DNA of 60,216 nucleotides from positions 1 to 60,216 of the forward strand of contig JAAZOH010000002.1 in the NCBI GenBank assembly GCA_012797845.1, given 5' to 3'. The translations under genes and the position numbers were made by a program. Under the pieces are notes generated by a model, which saw only the letters and a list, made by a program, of their open reading frames with translations, was not told the origin of the DNA and did not search any database. Source of the DNA: Candidatus Beckwithbacteria bacterium. GTDB lineage: Bacteria; Patescibacteriota; Microgenomatia; UBA1400; UBA1449. Shown one piece after another: positions 36,742 to 46,386 of this stretch (positions are counted from its first letter, which is position 1; every line of letters starts with the position of its first letter).

Positions 36742-37269
36742 ATGAAACCATATTTTTATATCGCCGGTATTTTCATTATTGCTGTACTGTTTAGTTCTTG
36801 TAGTCCAGACAATACAGACAATGCTAATCAGGCGCAAAATCAAAAACAACAGGATGTGTCGACAATTGTGCCGCCTAGGCAAGAAGAAAATTTGCAAAGC
36901 CACGGCACATTAGCTCCGGAAGAAGAACTAATTACCTTATTTTTCTCATTGATTGATCAAAAACAAATTCCCGAAGCCATTGCTTTGATGTCCAAAACTG
37001 CCGTACCAGATGATAGTACTAAGCAAGCTTGGGGAGTCCAATTTAATGCCATAACTAGTATCAATATTTTGGATATGGAAGCCTGGGATGAAACCAACTG
37101 GACCGATAACCAGAAAGTATATAAAGTTAGCCTTGAAGCGTATGTTAAAGATGATCCTTCGGCTCCAATCCCAAATTATGGCTGGGGTGATAATCCCAAT
37201 ATCCGTTGGATTGGCTTAATTAAAGAAGATGGCCAATGGAAAATTGATAGCATCTCTACCGGACCGTAA
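36742..37269 (+). CDS. putative lipoprotein (NTF2-like / DUF4829-like)
   Basis: LFSSC lipobox; C-terminal KEDGQWKI..I.TGP. Confidence 0.7.
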   Translation: MKPYFYIAGIFIIAVLFSSCSPDNTDNANQAQNQKQQDVSTIVPPRQEENLQSHGTLAPEEELITLFFSLIDQKQIPEAIALMSKTAVPDDSTKQAWGVQFNAITSINILDMEAWDETNWTDNQKVYKVSLEAYVKDDPSAPIPNYGWGDNPNIRWIGLIKEDGQWKIDSISTGP

Positions 37270-37273
37270 CTAG

Positions 37274-38020
37274 CTATTTTTGGGCAGAAACAGAAATACT
37301 GACTGCGTATTCGGTGATTGCTGAAGAGGTTTGACTGTGGACTGTAATCTTTGTAAAACCAGCCTTTTTAATCAGTTCTAGATATTTTTCCTTGAGCACT
37401 GCTCCAGCAATACATCCCGTCAGTAACTCCTTATCATTTTTTAAAGCTTGAGGCAGTGGCTTTAGCAAAACTACATCTGACACCATCAATCTGCCACCTT
37501 TTTTCAAAATCCGATAGGTCTCACTAAAAACCTTATTTTTATCTGGAGCTAAATTAATCACACAATTACTGATAACTACATCAACCGCCTGGTCTTTGAT
37601 TGGTAAATCTTCAATATCCCCTTTTAAAAACTGCGTGTTTGTATATCCACCCTTTTGAGCATTGGTCTTAGCCTTACTAAGCATTGACTGAGAAAAATCT
37701 ACGCCAATAACTTTTCCAGTTTTACTCACTTTATTAGCAGCCAAAAATACATCAAAACCAGCGCCACAACCTAAATCAACTACTGTTTGGCCTTTTTTCA
37801 AGGAAATAATAGCAGTAGGATTACCACAACCTAATCCCAAATTTGCTCCGGTAGGAGTAGAATCCATTTCTGTTTGGCTGTAGGCATTTTTCAATGTTTG
37901 ACGCTGTAGGGCAAAATTGCTGACCGGACTACAACTGCATTTACAACCACAACCTGAACCCTGAGCTAGCTGAGAATAAGAACTACGAACCAGTTCTTTG
38001 ATCTGAGATTTTTTTATCAT
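37274..38020 (-). CDS. arsM: arsenite methyltransferase
   Basis: N-terminal CGCKCSC, LGLGCGNP, DLGCGAGFD, SNCVINL, GCIAGA. Confidence 0.88.
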   Translation of the reverse strand: MIKKSQIKELVRSSYSQLAQGSGCGCKCSCSPVSNFALQRQTLKNAYSQTEMDSTPTGANLGLGCGNPTAIISLKKGQTVVDLGCGAGFDVFLAANKVSKTGKVIGVDFSQSMLSKAKTNAQKGGYTNTQFLKGDIEDLPIKDQAVDVVISNCVINLAPDKNKVFSETYRILKKGGRLMVSDVVLLKPLPQALKNDKELLTGCIAGAVLKEKYLELIKKAGFTKITVHSQTSSAITEYAVSISVSAQK

Positions 38021-38096
38021 CGTTTTATTATAAATAATAAATAAAAAGAAGAAAGTATATAAAATTGAACTAATTAAAAAAGAAAAACAAAACTAA

Positions 38097-38351
38097 TTAC
38101 ATAGTCCGACCAATCATGCAAGAAATATAGGATTTAGCTTTGGGTCCCAGTTTCTTAGCTTCAGGACTACTTGCTTCGGGATAACCCATTTGCAAAAGCT
38201 TGACCTTAGCTGTTTGAGCATCACCAGTAAATTGAACTACTTGCTTTTCAGGGTCAACGCTAATATCTGTCATACCAAGCTTTTCTAAAGTATTACTAAT
38301 GCTACTAGCACAACCCTGACATTTAATATTGACCAAATGAAGCTTGACCAT
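38097..38351 (-). CDS. heavy-metal-associated (HMA, CopZ-like) domain protein
   Basis: IKCQGCASSI (CxxC), LLQMGYP. Confidence 0.85.
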   Translation of the reverse strand: MVKLHLVNIKCQGCASSISNTLEKLGMTDISVDPEKQVVQFTGDAQTAKVKLLQMGYPEASSPEAKKLGPKAKSYISCMIGRTM

Positions 38352-38401
38352 ACTTACAGTATAGTCTTATAAAATGAAATTTCGGTGAAACTTATGAGTG
38401 G

Positions 38402-38572
38402 CTATGGTTCACAAGGCTGACTAGGCATTAATGAGCTTGGATTGCCATGCTTCACCCATTGACCATTTTGGCAAAGCCAAGTGTCTTCATTTCCGCCAAG
38501 TGCAAATCGCAAAAAAGCTATAGTAATGATGAGAACAGCAATAACTAAAATAACAATTACAATTTTTTTCAT
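38402..38572 (-). CDS. small membrane-anchored protein (EDTWLCQNGQWVKHGNP type)
   Basis: 56-aa ORF not in the track: MKKIVIVILV...GGNEDTWLCQNGQWVKHGNPSSLMPSQPCEP*. Confidence 0.75.
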   Translation of the reverse strand: MKKIVIVILVIAVLIITIAFLRFALGGNEDTWLCQNGQWVKHGNPSSLMPSQPCEP

Positions 38573-38574
38573 AT

Positions 38575-38904
38575 TTATTCACTAAGTTTTTCTGGCCAAA
38601 GCGTTCCGGCTTTTTTCTCAGCTTTATCCCCTACTTTATAATCCTCCCAAATATCATGACTAACTTCGACATTCAAGGTTTTACCTTCAGTAGTTTTAAA
38701 AACTACAATAAAACGATGTTGTTCACCTTCATCAAAATCATCAATAACTTTATGTTTTTTCTCGACTACTTCGCCTACCCAAGCACTGGCTTTGGCTTTT
38801 AAAAGCAGTTTAACCACAAAGGCAAGAAAACCAATAATTAGAAGCAGAAAAACTCCAAAAAAAATAACAATTGGTCCAAAAACCACGGCTTTGGCTGGAT
38901 CCAT
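38575..38904 (-). CDS. small membrane protein with OB-fold-like tail (DUF2500-like)
   Basis: GGAGG SD before ATG 38904; TM helix, then GEVVEK...VVFKT.EG...YKVGD. Confidence 0.7.
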   Translation of the reverse strand: MDPAKAVVFGPIVIFFGVFLLLIIGFLAFVVKLLLKAKASAWVGEVVEKKHKVIDDFDEGEQHRFIVVFKTTEGKTLNVEVSHDIWEDYKVGDKAEKKAGTLWPEKLSE

Positions 38905-38927
38905 ATTTCCTCCTTTATAATTTCTAA

Positions 38928-39017
38928 TGTCATTCTGAACCCACTTTAGTGGGTGAAGAATCTTTTTTGACAAGATCCTTCGGTTATTGCCAGTCGGCAA
39001 ATTTGCTCAGGGTGACA
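38928..39017. repeat. REP-like palindromic miniature element
   Basis: TGTCATTCTGA..GAAGAATC..AGATCCTTCG..CTCAGGGTGACA. Confidence 0.75.
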
Positions 39018-39021
39018 CAGT

Positions 39022-39600
39022 TTATATTTTTTTAGCAACAGCACTAGCTAATTTTAATAAACCTTCATTATCAATAGCCCGCTCAACATTTTTATCAATC
39101 CTAATAAAATTATTATCATCCAAAATCAGATTGATATTTACAATTCTGCTTTCGTTATCAGCCCAGACCGCATAATGATCGCCGCTAATATTGGGATCAG
39201 TTTTTAAAACAAATTTTTTGGCAGCAATCTCTTTTTGTTTGGTAACCGACAAATTTTTATTGACAATAATAGCAATATAGGGTGAATTTTTCTCATCGGT
39301 CAAATAATAATCGCAAGCATTAATCTGCGTGTCATTGATGTTTTTAGCTTTGGCAATAGCAATCCCTGTAGCTTGGCTCACAAAATCAGCACTGATTTGG
39401 GTACATAAATCAACTTGAGTATCTAGTTTTGTTTGGGTTTCTGGCTGTGGTGTGGCAGTTGGACTGGGAGTGGGGCTGGAAACCTGCTTCGTATTTTCAG
39501 ATACATCAGTTTGCTCTTTCTGATCGCGAGGAATAGTACAGGCGCTGAGTATTATTGAAAATAAAATAAGTGGTATAAAGACGACTGTTTTTAGATTCAT
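39022..39600 (-). CDS. putative lipoprotein with P/T-rich linker
   Basis: ILSAC lipobox, SSPTPSPTATPQP, two-Cys domain. Confidence 0.75.
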   Translation of the reverse strand: MNLKTVVFIPLILFSIILSACTIPRDQKEQTDVSENTKQVSSPTPSPTATPQPETQTKLDTQVDLCTQISADFVSQATGIAIAKAKNINDTQINACDYYLTDEKNSPYIAIIVNKNLSVTKQKEIAAKKFVLKTDPNISGDHYAVWADNESRIVNINLILDDNNFIRIDKNVERAIDNEGLLKLASAVAKKI

Positions 39601-39644
39601 AAAACATTTTTTGAATAAATATTTATTGATCATTTAATAAATAA

Positions 39645-40079
39645 TTACTTAAACAAATAGTTAACACCCATTAAAGCTAATTTATTAATAACCAAAATTA
39701 TAAAATAAATAAGAAAAGCGAATGTTGAATATTTTAAGATGCTTAAAAAAAATTCTAATTTTTGATTACATACATTTTGCTTCTTTAAAATAAAAGATTT
39801 TGTTTCTTCAAACTCTTTTTTATAGTAGCTTATCCATTCACTACTCTTCCAAGCATCGTTTTGCATTTCCATGATTCTTAATGTTACATCGTAGTATTTT
39901 TTATAGAATCTTAGTTCATAAATTGCTGCTAACTGTATAGCTAACATTACATTTGCTTTTGGGTTTTTCTCATCTAGAACAATTCTTCTTACTGTTTCAT
40001 GATAATTTTTATATGTCTCTTCTCTAAGATGTTCACTTTTTGAAAGAAAATAATCGAAAAAATTTTCTAAAACTGACAT
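39645..40079 (-). CDS. hypothetical protein with C-terminal TM
   Basis: 144-aa ORF coupled to the upstream large gene. Confidence 0.55.
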   Translation of the reverse strand: MSVLENFFDYFLSKSEHLREETYKNYHETVRRIVLDEKNPKANVMLAIQLAAIYELRFYKKYYDVTLRIMEMQNDAWKSSEWISYYKKEFEETKSFILKKQNVCNQKLEFFLSILKYSTFAFLIYFIILVINKLALMGVNYLFK

Positions 40080-43000
40080 ATTTTAATTCTTTTTTTAGTA
40101 TTTTTTTGCAAGTTAATTTTAACTATTTTATAAAGTAAAGCTAAAGTCTTTTTAAAATATTTCCAAAATGAAATGATTAAAATTTTGCCATACTTTAAAA
40201 TTAGTTTGGCAGTTTTATTTAAAATCCCAATAATCGTTTTGCCAACCTTAGTTTTGCGATAGATAAATAATAAAATGCCTGAGATTAAAACTAAAACTCC
40301 AGCAATGATGGCATAGAGTTTCCAACCTAAGTAAACTGATTCAGTGACTTTATTATCTTGATCAATACTGATTTGTTTACCAGCCTCAATTTTTTGAGCA
40401 ACGTCTTTACCAGAAACTTCTACCTCACCGTCAGCAACTTTGACGTTAAATGCATTTTCATAATTACTGACAATAAATTTGGTATGCACATTTTTGACTA
40501 AAAAATATTCATTAGAATCTAAAGTCCCAGCGGTAAAAGCGGCCAATTTACTAGCAAACAAATCCATATCAAAACGGTCAAACTTGATGGCATAAATTTT
40601 GGCAGGAGAACTAAAGTCAGCCGTAATCTGGCCTTTTAAAAGCACTGGGTGCAAATAGTTGTCAGTTCCAAAAACAGTCCCTTCCAAAAAGGTCATACGA
40701 CCCCAAGGCTCTTCGACGTTTAAAGTTAGCGTAGTGTTGGCCATATAAATCCGGCCGGGTAAAAGCTGGTAGTATGTCACTTCACCCATATTGTGCCAAG
40801 TGCCATTTTCATAATAAGAAATATTGTTGCTTGTACGATTGCCTGTCGGAGTTGGCTCGGGTGTAGCCGGATTGTAATCAGTTGAGTAATCGCCAACTTG
40901 ATAGTATTTGATAGTTTTCTCCTCCTGGGTGGCAAAGAATAAGCCTTTATCATTGGCATGGACAAAAAGCGCATCTTCTTCGCGATTGCTTGGTAAAGTT
41001 GCCGGAGTTTTGTCTAGATTATTGTCAGTAAAAATTCGGATTGTGCGGTGATTTTGGTCTTTTACATAAGTGGAATAAATGGCATATTTTCCTCCAGGTG
41101 AAACCGAAATATCTAAAGGGTGACCTTTCGTCACTACATCTTTTTCCCAGGTTTTGTTAGCATTTCTAAACAAATAGGCCTTGTCACTAGTTATTATGGC
41201 AATACTACTGGTATCCTGGCTGCTATCAATAACTCTGACATTGCCATTAACGTTACCAAGATTAGTAATGACCGTATCATTAAAAGTTTGCAGACACTCA
41301 CCGCCGCCCTTTGGACAATCAACTATCACATTATTACTGGTAGTAAAGTGAAGTAGACCTGGATAAGACATAGGTGCCTTGCTATTTTTGATGCCTTCAA
41401 TATCAAATCTGGTGTAGGTGTACATACCTTTATTCATTAGCCTGAAAGGATAGATATAAAAACCATCAGGAGAAACATCACACTCACCGGCGCTGCCAAC
41501 ATCATTGATTTCCTGAGAAACAAATTCATGGCCTGAGCTATCAAATAGTTTTAAAAAATTACGACTATTTTTAGTGGTTCCAAAAGTGCCAATATGACTA
41601 AACAGAGCGGTTGTATTGCCGTCATAAGAAGTATCCAAACAGGCATGGGATTGACCACCAGTAGCGATAGTATTGCGCACTACTCTGATCTGATTGCCAG
41701 TTAAACTATCCAAAAAATAAACACTGCCGGAAAGATTTTGATTTTTAGTCGTGTAAAGGATAACCATTTTGCCATCTTTGGTAGCAGCCATTTGGCTAAA
41801 AATTTCCTCACCGCGGTCAAGTTGCCAGAGCAGTTGAGGTTCACTAAAAATATTTATCCCTCCGTCAGTTAGCCGGCCATTAAGTGGTTCAATTACAAAC
41901 TCCAAATTTTGATTGTTTGGCACAGCATTAACCGTTTGGCCAATAGTTTTATAGCCAGGAGCAGTGATAGTAAAAAAGTACTCACCGGGCTGCATGCCTG
42001 GCAAAGGTCCAGTCCCAGGCACATCGGAATCAAAACGCCAATCCTGATTACTAGCCATGACATGGGCATTTACCAGATTACCACTACGGTCTTTAATAGT
42101 GATAGTAAACAAGACATCTTGATCTTTGAGGGTAAAATCAACCTGATTTAAAGTCAGATTGCCTTCATCACAAGGGTTAAGACCATCGCCCATTTTAAAT
42201 TCCAGCTCTTTCGTTTCCGTTTGGCTAAAGTCCGGATGGGTCACAGTGATGGTAACTTTGCCGAGCTGATTAATGCCTTGTAAATAAAATGAGCCGGTAT
42301 TTTTACTAGTGGTGGTACTTTGACCAGTGCTAGCGGTAACCGTGGCTCCAGCCACCGCTTTGCCAAACAAATCTTTGACATTGCCTCTGACCGAGCCAGA
42401 ATACAGTGGCAAGGAAAATTCATGAGAGCTAACTTTCTGACCGTTATCAAAAGCGACCAGCTCATAGTTTTTAGTTTTGCCGCAGTACGCATTATCAGTA
42501 GAAACATCAGGAGCAATAAAAGTATTAAAATTAAACTGGTTTAAACCCTGAACCGTTTGGGTGCTTTGCCAAATAGCTGTTTGGTCAAAATTACCATTAT
42601 ATTTATTTTCAAAAATTTTAACTGTCACTGCCCCATTTTCTTCACCAGTATTTTTGATATTAAAATCAATCAAAAAATTATTGAGTGTGTTTTGCTCCAA
42701 TCTTTGGGTAAAATTATCAATTTGGAATGACGGTGGGGTTGGCAACTTATCAATGGTTAGGATAAAGGTATTATTAGTTTCATAATATTCAGGAATCATT
42801 TGCGAAGGATCAACGTTAAAAATGACTTTAGTTAGCTCGCCTTCGGGTGGTGTAAAGGGAATGGTTTTGAGCCAGAGAAATGGCACATTGTAGTTATCAG
42901 CATCTGATTTTAAGAATTGTAAATATTTGGAAAAATTACTTTCTTCAATCAAAAAATCACCCACAATATCGCCGGCAGTTTTAGGCGGACCATTGCGTGC

Positions 43001-43621
43001 TCCAAAATAAATCAGTTCAGGAATAGTTTCTTTAAAAAGCTGCCCGCCACCAGAAACTTGACCATCGCGATTACGGGTATGCCCCCAACTAGCCTCGGCC
43101 TCAATATCGGCAGCATAAGCTTTGCCATTGTTAACTACTTTAAAAGTCAGAGTGTGATCGCGATCATTGTAAACCACACCATGATAGACAAAATTACCAT
43201 ACGGACTGCCGACGGAAATATCCGGAGCATAATACAATTCATCTTGAGCGCAGACATTGTGACAATCTTGCAGCTGAGGCACGATACAGTTCTCGATCAA
43301 AGGCTTGCAGACAAACCAAGCATTAAAAACCGTATCTACCGAAAAGCTGCTAATATCACCTTTTTTAGCCGCATCATACACATCCTTCATTAAAGAAATG
43401 GCTTTTCTGATGCTGCCAAATTTACCGACAGAACAATTTTGCTGAAACAAATCCCAACAGTAAGAACCTTGCCAGACAAATTTGTAGGTAGCGCATTGGG
43501 CATAACACACTTTTTCGCTCTGAGGATAGGCGTAAGTTTTTTTAGGGAAAACAAATAAACTAAAAAATAAAAAGGTAAAAAGAGAAAAGAGAAAATAGTA
43601 TTGTATTAAAGCTTTTTTCAC
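40067..43621 (-). CDS. large surface-anchored multidomain protein (Cys-rich N-term, Ig/CARDB-like, carboxypeptidase-regulatory-like, beta-propeller, FecR-like, C-terminal TM)
   Basis: Signal peptide; VDP..I.E..ETNN; G.V.D..G..V.GATV; APGYKT; V..GEVEV; C-terminal hydrophobic helix with basic tail. Confidence 0.75.
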   Translation of the reverse strand: MKKALIQYYFLFSLFTFLFFSLFVFPKKTYAYPQSEKVCYAQCATYKFVWQGSYCWDLFQQNCSVGKFGSIRKAISLMKDVYDAAKKGDISSFSVDTVFNAWFVCKPLIENCIVPQLQDCHNVCAQDELYYAPDISVGSPYGNFVYHGVVYNDRDHTLTFKVVNNGKAYAADIEAEASWGHTRNRDGQVSGGGQLFKETIPELIYFGARNGPPKTAGDIVGDFLIEESNFSKYLQFLKSDADNYNVPFLWLKTIPFTPPEGELTKVIFNVDPSQMIPEYYETNNTFILTIDKLPTPPSFQIDNFTQRLEQNTLNNFLIDFNIKNTGEENGAVTVKIFENKYNGNFDQTAIWQSTQTVQGLNQFNFNTFIAPDVSTDNAYCGKTKNYELVAFDNGQKVSSHEFSLPLYSGSVRGNVKDLFGKAVAGATVTASTGQSTTTSKNTGSFYLQGINQLGKVTITVTHPDFSQTETKELEFKMGDGLNPCDEGNLTLNQVDFTLKDQDVLFTITIKDRSGNLVNAHVMASNQDWRFDSDVPGTGPLPGMQPGEYFFTITAPGYKTIGQTVNAVPNNQNLEFVIEPLNGRLTDGGINIFSEPQLLWQLDRGEEIFSQMAATKDGKMVILYTTKNQNLSGSVYFLDSLTGNQIRVVRNTIATGGQSHACLDTSYDGNTTALFSHIGTFGTTKNSRNFLKLFDSSGHEFVSQEINDVGSAGECDVSPDGFYIYPFRLMNKGMYTYTRFDIEGIKNSKAPMSYPGLLHFTTSNNVIVDCPKGGGECLQTFNDTVITNLGNVNGNVRVIDSSQDTSSIAIITSDKAYLFRNANKTWEKDVVTKGHPLDISVSPGGKYAIYSTYVKDQNHRTIRIFTDNNLDKTPATLPSNREEDALFVHANDKGLFFATQEEKTIKYYQVGDYSTDYNPATPEPTPTGNRTSNNISYYENGTWHNMGEVTYYQLLPGRIYMANTTLTLNVEEPWGRMTFLEGTVFGTDNYLHPVLLKGQITADFSSPAKIYAIKFDRFDMDLFASKLAAFTAGTLDSNEYFLVKNVHTKFIVSNYENAFNVKVADGEVEVSGKDVAQKIEAGKQISIDQDNKVTESVYLGWKLYAIIAGVLVLISGILLFIYRKTKVGKTIIGILNKTAKLILKYGKILIISFWKYFKKTLALLYKIVKINLQKNTKKRIKICQF

Positions 43622-43736
43622 TTGTGTAAATTTTGTTTTATTATAATACTTTTTATTTTTTTACAACATATGCTTTTCAAGCTTTAATAATATAAATTAT
43701 TAATTGATATCTCAAGATGATAAAATACACGACCAT

Positions 43737-44252
43737 ATGGAAAGAATGACGTCATTTTTAGGAAGCAGAAAAAGAGAAGTGCTTAGCAAAATAGCTGAAC
43801 CAATACTTATTATTTTACTAAGTATTGCACAACCAGCTTCTGAAGCTTCTGCTCAAAATCCAGCAACTGATAATAATACAGCTATTATAGATATAGTGCC
43901 TGGATTTTTAGAAATAAGTCCATCGTTTTCAGAAGGTGAATTTAATATCAAAGTTTCTGATGCTAGAGGAACCGGAGCAGGATGGTCTTTGTCAATGCAA
44001 TGTTCTGGCTTACCAGAAAGTTGCCCAACAATTTCTAATACAGAGCCTATAACCATTATTGCTGGACAAGATGAAGAAGGGACAATGCCTTCCAGCAGCT
44101 TAAATCAATTGCCAATAAAAACAAGCGATGAACCTTTAACAATTTTATCTGCTGGTCAAGATCAAGGAATGGGAACTTATATATTTTCTCCTCAAGTAGT
44201 TTGGGAAGGTTCATTACCAGATTCTGAAATAATTATTTTGACTATACAGTAG
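43737..44252 (+). CDS. secreted WxL-domain-like protein
   Basis: Signal peptide; VSDARGTGAGWSLS resembles the WxL V.D.RG...GW.L motif. Confidence 0.55.
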   Translation: MERMTSFLGSRKREVLSKIAEPILIILLSIAQPASEASAQNPATDNNTAIIDIVPGFLEISPSFSEGEFNIKVSDARGTGAGWSLSMQCSGLPESCPTISNTEPITIIAGQDEEGTMPSSSLNQLPIKTSDEPLTILSAGQDQGMGTYIFSPQVVWEGSLPDSEIIILTIQ

Positions 44253-44258
44253 TCAGTA

Positions 44259-44855
44259 TTACTCAAAACCGTGTTCTTTTTTCCAAACCTCTAAATCTTC
44301 TTGCATTTTTTGGACGGCCGCATCATGGCTAGCATTCATTTCAGCTACCCTATCTTCGTAGGCTTTGTGTTGGGCAGCTACTTTTTCTTCCCAGGCTTTA
44401 TCTTGCTCGGCTTTGTATTTTTCAAAGTCAAAATCAGAAGAGTTATTTTGAGAAACTTGAGTTGGTGTCGGTGTAGCTTGAACCTGATAGTTGTACTGGT
44501 ATTGATTAGTAGTTTTTGGAGCAATAGTTGGAACTGCTGTTGGTTTAGGAGTTGTAGTAGCTGTTGGAGTTCCAGTTGGCGGAATCGGAATAGCTTTAAA
44601 AGCTGAGGCTTTATCATCTTCTGGCTGTGGAGCAAAAGCCTGTTCAAAAGCCTCAACTACTTCATTAATTTTTTTATTAAAAATAGAGGTAAATGAGTCG
44701 GGGTTAAAATCAGCCTCAACCCCCTTGGTATATTTAATTGTCAGAAATAAGAGTGATCCTATTAGTAAAAAAACCAAGAAAATTGGAAAGAAAATATTTG
44801 ATTTGTATTTTTTAGGAACAGTGTGAATAGAGTTGTTAGGTTTTTTTGAGGGCAT
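44259..44855 (-). CDS. membrane-anchored hypothetical protein with P/T linker
   Basis: N-terminal TM, PTGTPTATTTPKPT, helical C-terminus. Confidence 0.7.
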   Translation of the reverse strand: MPSKKPNNSIHTVPKKYKSNIFFPIFLVFLLIGSLLFLTIKYTKGVEADFNPDSFTSIFNKKINEVVEAFEQAFAPQPEDDKASAFKAIPIPPTGTPTATTTPKPTAVPTIAPKTTNQYQYNYQVQATPTPTQVSQNNSSDFDFEKYKAEQDKAWEEKVAAQHKAYEDRVAEMNASHDAAVQKMQEDLEVWKKEHGFE

Positions 44856-44978
44856 ATAATTAAATCTTTATTATCTATAAATTATAGCAAGACTTTCAAA
44901 ACTCTCTGAATAACAAAAAGTATAGACATCTTATAATTTTATTGGTAAAAATTAGTATATTATTTTCAAACTTAAAAT

Positions 44979-45680
44979 ATGGAAACTCAATTTAACCAAA
45001 GCGAGGCTGGTAAAGAAAAAGATTTTCAATATGAAGAAATATTATTAATTCAAAGCGCAGACTCTGAATTAGGACTGAGTCTGCAAGAAATTGGTTTCAA
45101 AACAACTATTTTAAGCTTAGAAGAGTTCCCTTCAAGCATTTTGGATTTAAATAAATATGGCTTAGTTATTTCAGATCAAGATATAGACGCTAATCAAATA
45201 GGGCATGATATAGTGCTAGCGGTGTTAAAAGAACCAAATGAGACTACAAATCCCTTTAGTGGTTATTTAACTATATCGAGAAACGATCTAGTAATAGTTT
45301 TGCAATTAATAAAAGACTCTCCAAACTTAAGAGTTGCGTTGGGAAAATTAAAATACTATTTATACCTTGAGGCAAGAGAAGCTCAAAAAGCTGACCCTGA
45401 CAGTTTTTGGAATGATGCATCAGAAAATACAGATTTTGATGTTGTTGCTTCATTTAATCTTTTAAAAACTCATCCCCGCTTTAATAAACTAAAAGAGAGA
45501 TATCCGGGACTAATAGATTTTGAGCAGATATTAAAAGATTCTGAGCGTAGTTTTTTTTCTAAAAGGCTTGTAATTCACTGTCTTTGGCAATTACTTTATC
45601 ATTTATCTATCGGAAGTTCTGAAGAACATTATGCAATGCTTTTTACTAACTTAGAGAAGTATCTTATAGAATTGACATAA
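44979..45680 (+). CDS. hypothetical protein, possible degenerate receiver-like N-terminus
   Basis: ILLIQ...IGFKT...LVISDQ pattern. Confidence 0.55.
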   Translation: METQFNQSEAGKEKDFQYEEILLIQSADSELGLSLQEIGFKTTILSLEEFPSSILDLNKYGLVISDQDIDANQIGHDIVLAVLKEPNETTNPFSGYLTISRNDLVIVLQLIKDSPNLRVALGKLKYYLYLEAREAQKADPDSFWNDASENTDFDVVASFNLLKTHPRFNKLKERYPGLIDFEQILKDSERSFFSKRLVIHCLWQLLYHLSIGSSEEHYAMLFTNLEKYLIELT

Positions 45681-45791
45681 AATACTTATTTAAATTTAAA
45701 GGATTTATTTGTCATATAATTAGATTAATTATTTACACATACATCATATTGTAGCAAAATTACTATTAAGTTAAAAAATTATTTAATCATT

Positions 45792-46265
45792 ATGAGTGGA
45801 CCAGAAGATGGAAAATCAAAAGAAACAACCATAAAAAAAAGTATTGGAAGTGCATTAATTGTTGAAGATCTTTTAAATATAAGAGAACTAATGGAAGCAA
45901 TTCTTAAAAGAAGACTTAATGAAGAAGCAGTAATTATAGTAGCGGAAAGTGGAGAAGAAGCATTAGAAAAATTGACTAATAATTCTATTAAACCTGATTT
46001 AATAATAACTGATCTACGGTTAAAAGGAATCAGTGGTATTGAGACACTAAAGAAAGCACGAGCCTTGTTTGGAGAAGATGTGGGTTTTAATCATGTTTGT
46101 CTTGTGTCAGGAACAATGGACCAAACGCCTGAAGAACAAAATTTTTTAAATAGCATCGGAGCTGTTTGTAAAATTAAAGGAAATCCTGTCACCCTTATAG
46201 AAGAACAAATAAAACTGGCAACAGAAAAACTAAATCAAGAACCTGTAACACCTCCTGGTGATTAA
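45792..46265 (+). CDS. single-domain response regulator (receiver)
   Basis: LIVEDL, AESGEEAL, PDLIITDLRLKGISG (phospho-Asp), VSG, K. Confidence 0.85.
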   Translation: MSGPEDGKSKETTIKKSIGSALIVEDLLNIRELMEAILKRRLNEEAVIIVAESGEEALEKLTNNSIKPDLIITDLRLKGISGIETLKKARALFGEDVGFNHVCLVSGTMDQTPEEQNFLNSIGAVCKIKGNPVTLIEEQIKLATEKLNQEPVTPPGD

Positions 46266-46386
46266 TTTAGAATTACTTCATTTCAAAAATTTGCACCTGT
46301 CAGGGTTTTAGGTCTATGTAAAGTCCGGGCTGATCAATATTGCTGACTTTATATCAAATTATAATTTTGGTATTTACTAACTTTCC

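Noticed and set aside
46290-46350. Relatively GC-rich patch in an AT-rich convergent intergenic gap as possible ncRNA
   Set aside because: No convincing stems or known motif could be built by eye.
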